NCBI GenBank assembly: GCA_021432655.1
Contig: MU271562.1
Location: 1 to 44,307, forward strand
Direction: 5' to 3'
Length of the DNA stretch: 44,307 bases
DNA from: Atractiella rhizophila
Taxonomy: Eukaryota
Both the position numbers and the translations under genes were made by a program. The notes below the pieces were generated by a model that worked only from the letters and a program-made list of their open reading frames with translations, was not told the origin of the DNA and made no database searches. Position 1 is the first letter of the stretch. Each line of letters starts with the position of its first letter. This document shows, piece after piece, positions 23,336 to 35,127 of this stretch.

Positions 23336-26295
23336 TTGCCCTCCCCACCGTGGTCACAGGGAGCAAGCTTAAGGAGGAGCACTCTTGAAACCGTCCTCTC
23401 TTCAGAGCATGGCTCTGAAATCCTGTGCTCAGCTAGAATAAGATGGACCTGCATCCTGCAGACTTCTCCTGCCAACATTCGTGCTTTGGAAGGCCTGAAA
23501 CGACGAGTAGATGGCATCGACATTCTGGTGAGTACCCATGTTTCGTCACAGGAGCTCAGTGCTCAGCTTTGTCCCAGCTGTCGTCGATCAATGCTACAAC
23601 CTACTAAAGTCGTTCACTACGCACTCTTCGGTTCTGAAGCGCGATTCTGGCGCGAAGCAAATATCTGAGGTTGAATTGGACGAGTTGGAAAAACAAGGGG
23701 TTTGTTGATTCCTCATTTTTCCGCCGTCATAGGTTAAATATGAACTATAGTGGGACTATCACGACTTGAAGGTCTGCAAATCGCTCTTTCTTCTTGGCTC
23801 TTTGCTGACCTGTCCTGCACAGGATGGCGTCGCCTCCTACATCCGTACTTCCTCTACGAAAGCGGAAGAGGCGGCTGCTGGATTCGAATATCATGTACCC
23901 GAAGGAGGGTACGACAGCGAAGACGAATCTTTACCTTGGATCAGGGCCGAGGGGTGGATTGAAGACGAATGGAATGTAGCCGACGTAGTAGCTACTATCT
24001 GTAGCTATGACGTTCGGTCTACGGCATGTCTTCATCGCGCTCAATTTTTTCAGAGAGCGAGCAACCTGACCAGTATTCTGTGTAGTTCGACAATCGATTG
24101 GATTGTGACAACTGCCGTGTTGTTGAATTTCTGAATGAGGGTGATTTTTTAGCGCATATACGGTTCAAAAGCATTTTCCCTGTTGCTCCGAGGGATGCTT
24201 GTGTAGTCGTTAGTCAAGTGTCAGTTCTTATTCCGGATTTTCGTAACTTTAGCTTAACGCTATGGAGTAGGGTGTATCCAGAAACGCAACGCGCGTACGT
24301 CATAACTCGATCTGTCAGCGACCCGCTTATTCCTGTGGACGCGGCTCTCTATCGGTTTGTTTGTTTGCTCGAGCCATGATTTGGCAATGTCTGACACGTA
24401 AATATATAGAACTTCCTTACATTTGCTTGGATGGACCCTGACAAAGCTCCCATACCCACCACAATATAATTCCCGCAGAACTTCCCACTCGAAACAGCGG
24501 AAGCTGGAGTTATCATCCCATGAGCCCTCCTACCTTCCTAGCAGCTCCGATGGATCTCCTTCGCTCAGAATGACAAGAAATAGCTCTTCTTCGACTATTA
24601 CTTCGCAATCCATAAGTTCAGACCGATCATCCCTGCCGAGTAGGCGACACCAGCGCTCCTCGAGTTCATCGCCCTCGACCAATGTGAGTGCCCCAGCCAG
24701 TCTGCCCCCAAGCCCTCACCACATGCTTATTGTTACACTTGGTAAGCAAACCTCCAGCCGTCATCCTTCACGACAGTCATCACTGAAAAAGATGGGTATC
24801 ACTCGCCCAAGATATTCATCAACATCTTCACCGCCATCATCTACAACGCATTCCAGGGCGTCCTCGTTCGCATCCCAATCTGCATTACGATCGCCTACAT
24901 TCTCACCCTTCCAAAATCAAGCTCGGGATCGATGGTCAAACTCGTCACTGTCTCGAGAGACGCATTCCACGCCTAAACTTGAAGCTGAATTCCAGTGGCC
25001 TAATTCGAGGCCCGAGTCTCCTGTCTCAGATGATTCAGCCGAGATTGAACTCCACCTACCTCCCAAGAAGCCAGGGTTTCATGTTTCTTACATGACCCGT
25101 CTCGTACCTGTGAGAACTCTTCCCTATGTTGTAGAAACAAGCTCTAAATCGAGATAGGGAGGTGCTATTCGTATGAATCATTTCTTCACTTTGTAAACCA
25201 GCTTTTTACGCATTTCTTAAGCAAAATCACATACCGGCGACGTACTCTCTCGCCAAACGGTGGCAGTCGCAGAAATCAACAAGTTTCTGCACACATACGG
25301 TTTCGGGCCGCATATTCAAAACTCACGTCGCCGCTCAGGATTAGACGTGATCGAGCAAAAATTTAAAGTAATCCCTTCTAGTTACAAGGTTGTGTATAGG
25401 GTTCACGAAGACGCGAAAGGAGAATGCACTCGGATCAGGTTCATGGGCTATACTTTTGGAGGCGGCAATTACACTATTCGTGTTCTCCACCTTCTGGAAT
25501 GGACGGTCGAATGCGATAACCCCTCCTCTCCTCTGCAGATCCTACCAGATTCACCAGCCAGAACGAAGGATGAAACATGCATCGAATCATTTATGACATT
25601 TACGAATCCTCGTCCGAGCGACCTCGAGCCTAATGTCCATGAAAGCAGCAACGCAACACAGACGCGATGTCATCCTCGTATGCCTGGATCCATTGGACCA
25701 TGCACGTTGGTCTTGAAGAATACGGTCATTGGCGTACCTATTCAAGTTAGCATCGAGAGCAATATCTTACCAGAGAGGAGGGGACGGAAAAAAAGTGCGC
25801 ATTCTCCATTGTATTTGGACGGCAAGAAGCTGCTTCGATCGTTAAAGGTCCGTCTTTGCCCACCCTCGTTTTGATTGAAGGCTACATCTTAGCTCGAAGG
25901 TCGAGAACTTGAACGAGAGACGGGATTCTGGATTTGAGACTGCTCGTGATGTCTTTCAACGCCTCTTCCTCCGCGATGGAAACAAGTCGACTTCGCCGCA
26001 CGCACAGTTTGCACCGTTCAAAGGGCTCACGTCGAGAAATACAACCTACCCTCACAGTAGAGCCAGTTCGTCGGACTATTCTCAGACCTCAGGTTCCGCA
26101 TCCAGCTCTGAATCTCCTCTCTCCGCTCTCGCAAGGAGAGTCAATGTGACTATTTCTCCTCCGATGTCACCTTTCAGTACAATGCCTACGACTCCCGCAG
26201 CCACACCTCCCAATTTATCTGGTGTTCTGGCCGCTATCGCGGAGGATTGGGACGATTCAGCGCCATCCACAATCAAGAAAGTGCGAACCCTTTAG
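23336..26295 (+). CDS. START/Bet v1-like lipid-binding domain protein with long Ser-rich regions
   Basis: LPWIRAEGWIE, VVATICSYDVRST|..FDNRLD, VEFLNEGDFLAHIRFKSIFPVAPRDACVV, YVITRSVSDPLIP, LLGWTL, spliced with short introns. The true start was not resolved. Confidence 0.72.
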
Positions 26296-26618
26296 TATCC
26301 TTCACACCTTTTACTGTTCACTGGACGCCTGCCACACAAAATATATGCCTCAGACTTCAAACCAAGTGAACAATCATTTATACCCTGACGGATGAATGTT
26401 GTCAAGGTCATAATTAGGAAATTTCATGTAAAATATCAACGTGCAATGCATCTGCAGGGTCATTATACTGATAATCTTTCAGCTTCTCGTTCACAAGCAC
26501 AGATTAAAGATCATTCAATGTAGAGTCCTTTATCAGTCTAAACATTCCACAGCGAATAGTCCTTGAAGCAGTCAACACAGTAGTCCATTGTCGTCCACAA
26601 TCATTCAAACAGAGCCAT

Positions 26619-27433
26619 TCACGTAAAAGAATAAAACCAAACGATCAGTGCCGCTATTGTATAACAAGTTGGCACTGCGAGGCGTCTACTTAGAGCAGCC
26701 GAACTTGTTGATGTGTCAGATGATTTCGGAAGGTCGTACCTCCTAATCCAAAGTTGGTGCCAAACTAAAGTAGAGGACAGGAGAACGTACCAAATGCCGT
26801 CCACCTTCAACCAAAACGGTGTTTGATCCTGCCTCGGTTGAAGCATTTCACTGTCTGCAGCAGAGCCGTATCCCACAATCTCCACCAGCACTGATCCAAC
26901 ACCTGGAGCATTATTCTCAAAAGCAACGCCATCGGCGCAGGTTTCGTCCTCCTCAGGGGTTCCCGCTGTGGAACTTCCGATGTAAAGAGAGGGAGCAAAG
27001 CCAAAGCGGTATTTGGTATGAATCGAGGCTCGCAAACTTATATAGAGTCCATGGCCCTCTGGTATTGTTGAGACAGCTCAGCAACGGATTGGCCAATGAA
27101 GAAAAAGCAACCTTGGACGTTGAAGACGGCTTTCATGGAAGTAGACGAGTTATTAGTTCCCTGAGCGAATCTCGAGATATCGCTGGCGTTGCATGGTGAT
27201 GTTGAATCGTTCCATCCCCCGTTCCAATTCACTAAGCTCTCATCGCGGAGAGAGGTCCATGTCAATGATGACTTCGGTACACTAGGTGACTCTGGCTCGA
27301 AGGTAGAAAGCTTTGAATACGACACTGAGTGGATGGTCAGCATAATTTGACTATCATCAACAGGCGTACCAGGAACAGAAAGCGCTACAGACAAAGACGC
27401 CAGCCCAACAGATGGAAGGAGAGCAAAAAACAT
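26619..27433 (-). CDS. Putative secreted, GPI-anchored cell-surface protein
   Basis: Signal-like MFFALLPSVGLASLSVALS. An intron at about 27110-27060 joins FNVQ to EGHGLYISLRAS. A Ser/Thr stretch precedes the hydrophobic tail AVPTCYTIAALIVWFYSFT. Confidence 0.6.
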
Positions 27434-28035
27434 CTGCAGGTCTCACTCAGGTCGCAAAATCATTACGATGATCATTGGACAAGTACTCACGCTGATACTG
27501 TAGACTATGGTTATTTTTTTGTTGAGAATAAGGAACTGATAGAGAAACGCAACCATTCTGGAGCACCAACATCAACACATTATATGAAGGTTCAGTTGAA
27601 GAAGGATAGTGTCGAAGCAAGTTCGGCAGAGTGAATCATCAAGCTTGCAACGGCCGCAACCAAAGTACGCATTGTGCAGCAGAGTTGGAAAGCGTCACTT
27701 ACTTTATTCACGCCCTTATTCGATACAGTATCTCCGTCTTCAACTATGTAACAATAAGCACACGAGTACTTCTTGCACGTCACCGATTGCCCGCGTTTGC
27801 TTGCTCAGCAAAGAAATATTGCCGTGAACCCCCGTAAACGTAAAATGCAGACCTGGAAGAAGGAAATCCATCGCATGGACGGGTTACGGCACGTAACTAC
27901 TAGGAAGGCTTGCAATAGATCAGGAACGATCGTAATTTTCAACAACCACGAGTGAGACAACTGTAATGCTGATTGTGGACTATCTGAGAGCTCCCCTGCG
28001 TGCCATCCAGTTCGTCCCAACTCCTCCAGCAAAGG

Positions 28036-29388
28036 TCACCGCTCGAGAGTATCAAACAGGTCTACCATCCGCTTAAAGTCTACATTGCCACCACTGACAA
28101 TAATACCAATATCTATCTCGTCCTGCCCCTTCTTCTGTGCCCAGTCTTGAAGATACTCCTTAAATTTCTCAGAGTACAATGCCACTGCCAGAGGGACAGC
28201 AGAACTAGGCTCGATGATCATCTTCATTCGTTCCCAAACTAGCTTTGTTGCCCGTCTACAGCAGATGGGTTCATAAATACCACACTGACGGAACTGTAAG
28301 GGAAAGCGCACATGATCTCTTGCTCCTCTACAGTAAAGATGGCATCCACCTTCTCCTTTACAATTTTGTAAGTGACATCTCCAAGCGACGTGAGTAGTCC
28401 ATCAGCTACAGTCCTTGGGTTGGTGGACGGGACAAGTTCCTGGCCATAAAACGAGCGGAATGCATCGTCCGCACCTTCAGGCAAGGATGCTCATCAAATG
28501 ATCATCACAGGACTGAGTTGTAAGGTACACACCAGCAGGTTCTGCGGCAACAACGAGCACATCTCCTTTACCCTTCGCCGCGATCGCCGTGCCACTCAAC
28601 AAACCTCCACCTCCAACGGGCGCCATCATCACATGCACGTTTCTTTCCTCGAACAATTCGAGCGTTGCGGTTCCTTGACCAGCGACGATATGTGGATGAT
28701 TGAAGGGTGGAACGAAAGTAGCATTCTTCCCCCTTTTCTCCAGCTCTTGCATGACCTCCTGCATCTTTCTTTCCCTCGACTCCAGAGTTGCCTCACACTC
28801 GTGTACCGCCGCTCCATACCCGATCACGGCTGCCTTCTTAACTGCTGGCGCGGTGGAGGGCATGATAATGTGTGCTTGGAGACCATGTCGGGAACCCGCA
28901 AGCGCGAGCGCTTGAGCGTGGTTTCCAGAAGAATGGGTGATCACGCTTTGCGTGGGATCGGGAGAGGAGATTAGCTGCAAGATAGCGTTGGTGGCTCCTC
29001 GATATTTGAACGCTATGTCATTCCGTTCGCATTAAGGCTCTCTTCCATGATATGGATTGAAAGAGGACACACCGCCAATCTTTTGAAAGTTCTCACATTT
29101 GAAGAAGATCTTGATGCGTAATGGATTTGCGGATGAGGAGAGATGTGTGCTTGCTAAACTGTCGATAGTGGTGCTCGTTAAGACAGGTGTTCTGTTAACA
29201 AACGGACTGTAATCTGCGTAAGCATATCGCTCAAGGCATACACTAGAGATGAAAAATGACATGGTCTCCGAGTCAAGGCAAGAAACGGGAAACGAGACGA
29301 AACATTTAAAGGTGATTGGAAAGATAGAAGATGTTCCACACCTAATTCTTTCCGCTGCCTCTTTGACATCTTCGAAAGTAACCTCCAT
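28036..29388 (-). CDS. PLP-dependent serine racemase / Ser-Thr dehydratase (fold type II, Sry1-like)
   Basis: RTPVLTS, FFKCENFQKIG|AFKYRGA (PLP lysine), ITHSSGNHAQALA, PPFNHPHIVAGQGT, PVGGGGLLSG, TVADGL, IIEPSSAVPLA, IIVSGGNVD. Confidence 0.95.
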
Positions 29389-31332
29389 CGGATGTTAACT
29401 ATTTATCACACTGTTAAAACTAGGAAGACGGCTCCCACGATTATATACCACTGGCATTGACATGTCACGACGGAGGACGGGACAAGACCGGACGGTCACG
29501 CGATCTCAAACTTGAAAGAAGATAACATGGCATGCTATGATTCATCGAATATTCATCGATTCATCTCTGGTAACTTTGCCCAGCTAAGTCCAGCTTCCAT
29601 CAACTAATTCCCCAACCTGTGGCTCATCGTCGTTGCAGTCCGCGGGTCCTAAAGCTTGGGCTGTATACTTCACCAACAATTCACAAATAATCATCACGGC
29701 TCTCCACAAACATTTCTTTTGGAGCGCACGGTTTCGATCCCCGCCTCGAACTGTGTTCGAGATGGCTCGATTTCGTCCAGTGATGATGTTACGAGGCATA
29801 ATTGATTTCCCCTCTTGATCTCCGTCGAGTAATATGGATTAGGGGCTCTAGTCTGTCTTCCCTTAGAAAATTATTGCAGGAAATCTATCCTCTCAGGAAT
29901 CAATCAGGGCTCGACGGAGGTAGTCATCATCCCCGGATATGACTGCACCTGACCTATTGTTCCCGACTTCCTAGCTCGCTTGCCTCCGTCAGTTCACACA
30001 ATTTGGATTACTCTCGTCTTGCCTCGTTGGTTCGTAGATTCGTATCCTGCACGAATCTCTCCAAATTGTCTTATCACCCGAATGTCTCGAGATGCTGTGG
30101 ACACGGCTCCCTCGTCTAGATCTCGACGGCGGCGAGGAAACATCAAACCCACTTTCCCAACAGCTCTTCAGCACCCTCAAGAATCCAAAGGCTATCAAAT
30201 AGATCAAGCTTTTATACTGCGTGGTGCACTCGTTCGATTCCTCAGACTTATCTGCTCGTTCTTTGGGATTGGCGTGTGAGAGGAACTAAGAAAGCGCTTC
30301 GGCGTGATGGGGACTATGGGCATGACTCTCAGTTTAGGTTACTTTTGGCATGAGGAGGAGATCTGAACAGCCAAGAGGGATGAAACAGTTTCCAATGGGT
30401 GACTGGATGCACACGGAAATTCAGAAGCGAAAACGAAGGGAGTCCGTCTCGCAACCTTGGGTCCTTGAGATTTGAAGGTAGTATTTATGATTGCAATGCC
30501 ATTACAAATGACCGATTAAAGCAAGCAGAAAACAACAGAACAGCAATAGTACTCTCGTTCTTTCTTGTAGTGAGACCCACGCTTGATGACCCTCTGTCCT
30601 AGAACTTTGGCAAATGCTTTCCGTCCAGGCTCTCTATCACTAATGAACACTATCCAAAGAGGTCAACCCGACAGCCCAGTTACCTAGCTAGCTCTCCGCC
30701 GCCTTACTCTCCAACATCCTGCCTTCCTCGTTCTCTCCACCACCTCTGGCAACATTGCGGCGAATGACGATGCACTGTGACATCACAAAATGATTTTTGA
30801 ACGATGAACTTGGCAACCTTCTCCTTCCGCCCTGTGTCCGTGAGTACTCTAAGATGTAAACGGTATCTTGGGAGAAGGCAAAATCTCCTTTAGATGATGT
30901 TAAAATGCGATTCGCTTTCGTCCCGTTCGCTGCCTCATCAGAATGATTCGCCTACTCACATCGCCTTGTGGGGAATTGATGATACATGCAGGTAAGGTAA
31001 AAGCGTCTTCCGTTCAAGAGAACTCTGTCCTTGCTTCCAACCTTCTAGATCTACCGTTCGTTTCCCAATTTTCCCACAACCTCAGTTCTGTTTCATTCAT
31101 AGTCACCTGCATCCAATACAGAACAGTCATCATCCTCCCCGGGTTTCCCCAACGAAGTAACCTAACAAACTTCCATCTTAACAAAATAACCCAGTGACCA
31201 CACACTTCTCCCACGAAGGCGGTCTTTTGGGCAGTGTATTTGTTCTTCGGACAGCTTCTTTCTCATTTCATGACGATGAGGATGGTGAGGAATCTAAGGA
31301 TAGGGTTGGCTCGAGTTTGGTTACAGGTATGA

Positions 31333-33039
31333 TTGATCTACATCTGCTCCTCAGCTGACGGGAAGTCTGGTGTCTTGTATCAGAAAATGGTTGAGCAGCA
31401 TACCTCTACCCTACGTGTCAATGTAATCACTCCTGGGCCAGACGAATTCATGACTTTTCTTTACCTCTCCGTTCTTCCTTCTTTCCTATCTCGCTTACCT
31501 CCGTCAATTCACACGCTCCGGATTACGTTCATCTTATCTCGCCTATTCGGAGACCAGGACCTGTCCTCAAAATTGTCCTATTTGACGCTTGATTGTCTTG
31601 AAGACTTGGTCGAGAAGGATGGCGTAGCCAATCTTGCCATGACCTTCAACCGCCAAGGTGTCTTTATCAAGATCAAAGGTGTCAAGTCATCTGTTGATTC
31701 AAGTGACAACTCAGATGTTGCCACATGTGTGGATGCGCTTCTCGATTCAGGCGTGGACTCGGTCATCCATCCAAATGCTGATCCATGCATCACCTTCATT
31801 CGCAGTTTTCCTATACTTCCAGGGAATGCCATCTTCACTGGTATCGCCTTTTACTCCAGAGACGATCGATGCTTTGTTCCTATCCGTGATGACAAATCGC
31901 CATCCTCCCTTCTTGAGAACATTGTGAGCATTATCCAACTTTCCGTCTCCGCTCCGGGAGGTATTCCAAGCTCAATTTCGTGCTTGCCTGCTGAGCTCCT
32001 CTCCATGATATTCGGTTTCATGACATCTAGCGACTCTGCCGTCCTCTCTAAAGTGTGCAAGCTCTGGAGGGTTATTTCAGTGCCGGATTGGGGATTACCA
32101 ACTTCTGCGCGGGAGGCATATGCTCGCTTGAAACACTGTCCTGGCGCCGGACGTCAATGGGACCAACTGTGGTTGAAAGAGAGTATCAGCCTTGCAACGG
32201 CGGAAAAGCTCATCATGGGCTCGCCGAACGTTACATACGTGGTGATCCACGCATTTTGGAGTGAAGAAGAGGCGAAGCTTCTATTGAATGCAATCCAAGG
32301 CCTGAAAAAGGTGGATGGTGTAATCTTTGGAGAAAAGGGTTTAAGAAAGTGGGGGAAAGAGGAAGTGGAGAACTTTATGCAGATGATGGGTGGAAGGATC
32401 CGACTGTTTGAGGCGTCCACTGTGGAGGACTCCCCTTCCTCTGTCCTATCAGCCGGGCTTCCATTACCTCCTGACCTCCAGAGCCTGTCCCTTTACAAGT
32501 ACCCACCGCTCCGATCATTGTTCCTCCCGCACAACCTCGAGCGTCTCACTCTCAGCAATCTCTGTCCCCTCCCTCCCTCTTTCTTGGAACACCCTCTACC
32601 GCCTCTTTTGCACAAGCTGAACATCACGCTCGGCCCTTTCTCTCCCGGTGGAGAGACCTCCATCCTACGCACTCCGCTGAACTTATCACACCTCCCGATG
32701 CTAACCTACCTGGACTTAGATGGCGGTGAAGAAACTTCGAACCTTGTTCCCCGTCGTTTCTTTAGCACTCTCAAAAATGCGATTGCCATACGTCGTGTAA
32801 ATCTTGCGTACTGTGGGGTAGACTCGATCGATTTCCAAGACTTCATCCACTGGTTCTTTGGGGATTGGCGAGTGAGGGGAGCGAAGGAGGAGGATTGGCC
32901 TGATGCAGATGAGAGAAGACTGATTCTTATTGTTCTTTTGTTCTTTGGACAATGGCACGAAGAGGTGATCAAAACTGCCAAGAGGGTAATGGAAGAGTGT
33001 GTGGTGGACAGACAGATCATTGCGAGGGTTGAAGATTGA
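31333..33039 (+). CDS. F-box-like / LRR-like protein of a locally expanded family
   Basis: 568-aa ORF with the F-box-like ISCLPAELLSMIFGFM...LSKVCKLWRVIS followed by LxxLxL repeats (LQSLSL, LERLTL, LHKLNI, LTYLDL). The start codon is uncertain. Confidence 0.75.
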   Translation: MIYICSSADGKSGVLYQKMVEQHTSTLRVNVITPGPDEFMTFLYLSVLPSFLSRLPPSIHTLRITFILSRLFGDQDLSSKLSYLTLDCLEDLVEKDGVANLAMTFNRQGVFIKIKGVKSSVDSSDNSDVATCVDALLDSGVDSVIHPNADPCITFIRSFPILPGNAIFTGIAFYSRDDRCFVPIRDDKSPSSLLENIVSIIQLSVSAPGGIPSSISCLPAELLSMIFGFMTSSDSAVLSKVCKLWRVISVPDWGLPTSAREAYARLKHCPGAGRQWDQLWLKESISLATAEKLIMGSPNVTYVVIHAFWSEEEAKLLLNAIQGLKKVDGVIFGEKGLRKWGKEEVENFMQMMGGRIRLFEASTVEDSPSSVLSAGLPLPPDLQSLSLYKYPPLRSLFLPHNLERLTLSNLCPLPPSFLEHPLPPLLHKLNITLGPFSPGGETSILRTPLNLSHLPMLTYLDLDGGEETSNLVPRRFFSTLKNAIAIRRVNLAYCGVDSIDFQDFIHWFFGDWRVRGAKEEDWPDADERRLILIVLLFFGQWHEEVIKTAKRVMEECVVDRQIIARVED

Positions 33040-33984
33040 TGTCACAGGCACACGTCGAATTACTGTCCGGCGTGTCCCGCTTTGCATTGCTGCCAAAATA
33101 TCTGTTGTTTATTTTGTCATACTGCTGAATCGGGCCACAATTAGAGACAGAAAAGAACTCGTCTTTCGCGTCAAAACACCCGTAATCCAAATATCCAATT
33201 ACTTCTTTGATGGCCGTTCGTCGTCTTCTCCCTCATCCAAGTCGACATCTGTTCTATGATCACCGATTGGCTCTGATGCACATCACTTTTGCTGTCTCGC
33301 AGTCGCGAATCCAGTCATCGATGAAGAAAGCGAGGGGGTGAGCTCATATCGGGCCGAACAGTCAATGTCAGATATTGAGAAGGAGTAGCATATCAGCGAG
33401 GCTACATAGATTCCTCAATCAAGGTCTTCCCGACGGCTCTGCTATGTCATTCAACCATTCAAAACGTAGAAGAGTAACCATAATCCGATCAGAAGTGTAC
33501 AGGAAGAGAAAATAAGGAACAATTGAGAAATGCGCAGTCGAAGAGCAGCAGAAGATATGGGGAAAAAAAGTAGAAGAGATGCACCGACCTCGATTGACGA
33601 CCCTTAGTTCGAGATCCTCAACTGTGGTAGTATTTTGTCAGGCTTGCCCCTACGCATTACCGAAATGCACCATTTGAAGCCACGTGACCTACTTTTAACA
33701 CGGCATAGGATCACGTGGCTACCCATCGCCGCTTTGCTCATTCCCGCGCAGCCCGCCGCTTTCTCCTTTCTCACACGAATCGCCGCTCAGCAAACCGTAT
33801 ACATTTCGCCGGTCTGCACCGTCTCCATCTTGGCCGTATTGTCCTTTCTCACTAGTACTATTCAGTATATCTTATTTCCGAGTATTCCCTTTATTGCTTT
33901 CCTGATCTAGCTATCTTACGTGTTTCAAGAAATATACGTTACAGTTTATGGCAGTGTCGTTACATATGTATATATAGATCGAGA

Positions 33985-34082
33985 TGTAGTGGTGGTGACC
34001 TTAGAGTATTCTCTTAGGTTTACCCCTACTACAGGTTAGTCTTCTCATGCCATACTATTCTCTTAGGTTTACCTCCACTACA
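33985..34082. repeat. Short element with inverted termini TGTAGTGG...CCACTACA and an internal direct repeat
   Basis: TGTAGTGGTGGTGACC at 33985 pairs with GGTTTACCTCCACTACA ending at 34082. TATTCTCTTAGGTTTACC...ACTACA occurs at 34007-34033 and 34056-34082. Confidence 0.6.
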
Positions 34083-34129
34083 GACGCATCACTCATCGGC
34101 GACCGCACATAGTGTTTTCCCTAACAGCA

Positions 34130-34370
34130 GACCGGCAAATGCACAAGAATTGTATAACCTGTGTCATGCGCAAGCTCGCAATGCAGCTGAGTGAGCATTT
34201 GGAGTGATAAAGCAGCACTTTGCCATCCTTGAACTGATGCGAGAATACAAGTTTGAAACACAGGTTTGTAACTTCAATCTGTGCATGTGTGGTCCATCTA
34301 ATGCTTTGGCTAGGCCGCTCTGATCCCCGCTCCTTGTCTGATTCATAACTTCATGCAGTCAGACCCCTGA
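34130..34370 (+). mobile_element. PIF/Harbinger DDE_Tnp_4 transposase C-terminal fragment (degenerate)
   Basis: RPANAQELYNLCHAQARNAAE*AFGVIKQHFAIL...EYKFETQ, then an intron, then AALIPAPCLIHNFM. This matches the family pattern ELFNLRHAxARNxIERxFGVLKxRFxIL...LHNF. Confidence 0.85.
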
Positions 34371-35127
34371 ACATGCAGGCCCTTGGTGGACCACCTAAGC
34401 TTGCATATAAAGGGTGCTTGCATGTGCAAAAGGGGACTTGTGGCAGGATATTGTCGGAAAACATCGGATATCCCAAGTATGTATGTTATATGGTGTTTGG
34501 AATCAACTGTAGCACTGTGCTCACTTGTTCTGCACGAAAGAATCCAAGGTGATCCGTACCTGAGACTCCTTCATAAACTTTTCGCTTGAAAACTCCTTCA
34601 GTGCCTTTGTGCACAGCATCCTAAGCTGTCTCGCACCTTACCATCACACAGCATTACTCCCTCTCACAACAATTGAGCCTTCCCTTATTCTTCTCAGCAT
34701 GATCTATAAACGCCAGTTTGTCAAGATTTATGGGACGGCAACAAGTTAGCTTGAGAGTGACAGGTTGGGCTGAAGAGAGGTAGCCCCAAACATGCTTTGG
34801 GTGTGCTGCTGTGGTTCCGATTGAAAGAGCATTGCTAATAGCTGAACTTTTGTATGCTTCTTTCGTTTTTGGCAGCATGGTGGACAAGTGGTGAGTTGAG
34901 ACAAGGATAAAATTTCAAGGGAGTCGCGCGACCATGACTTTCACGTGCGAAAAGAAGGTTCCAAAGGTCACGTGGCACACTTTCAACATGCAATCACAGC
35001 CAAAAATTGCGCACAACTCCTTGCATACTGAGAACTGAATATGCATTGCATAAAGTACAAAATACATAGGAATGAGGTTGGTGGACGATTTTTCCTTGCA
35101 AGTAAAGAGGTTTGCATATTGACTAGC

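Noticed and set aside
34400..34890. Possible pogo/Tc5 CENP-B-type HTH remnant on the minus strand
   Set aside because: The similarity is only impressionistic, with no DDE motif or TIR to support it.
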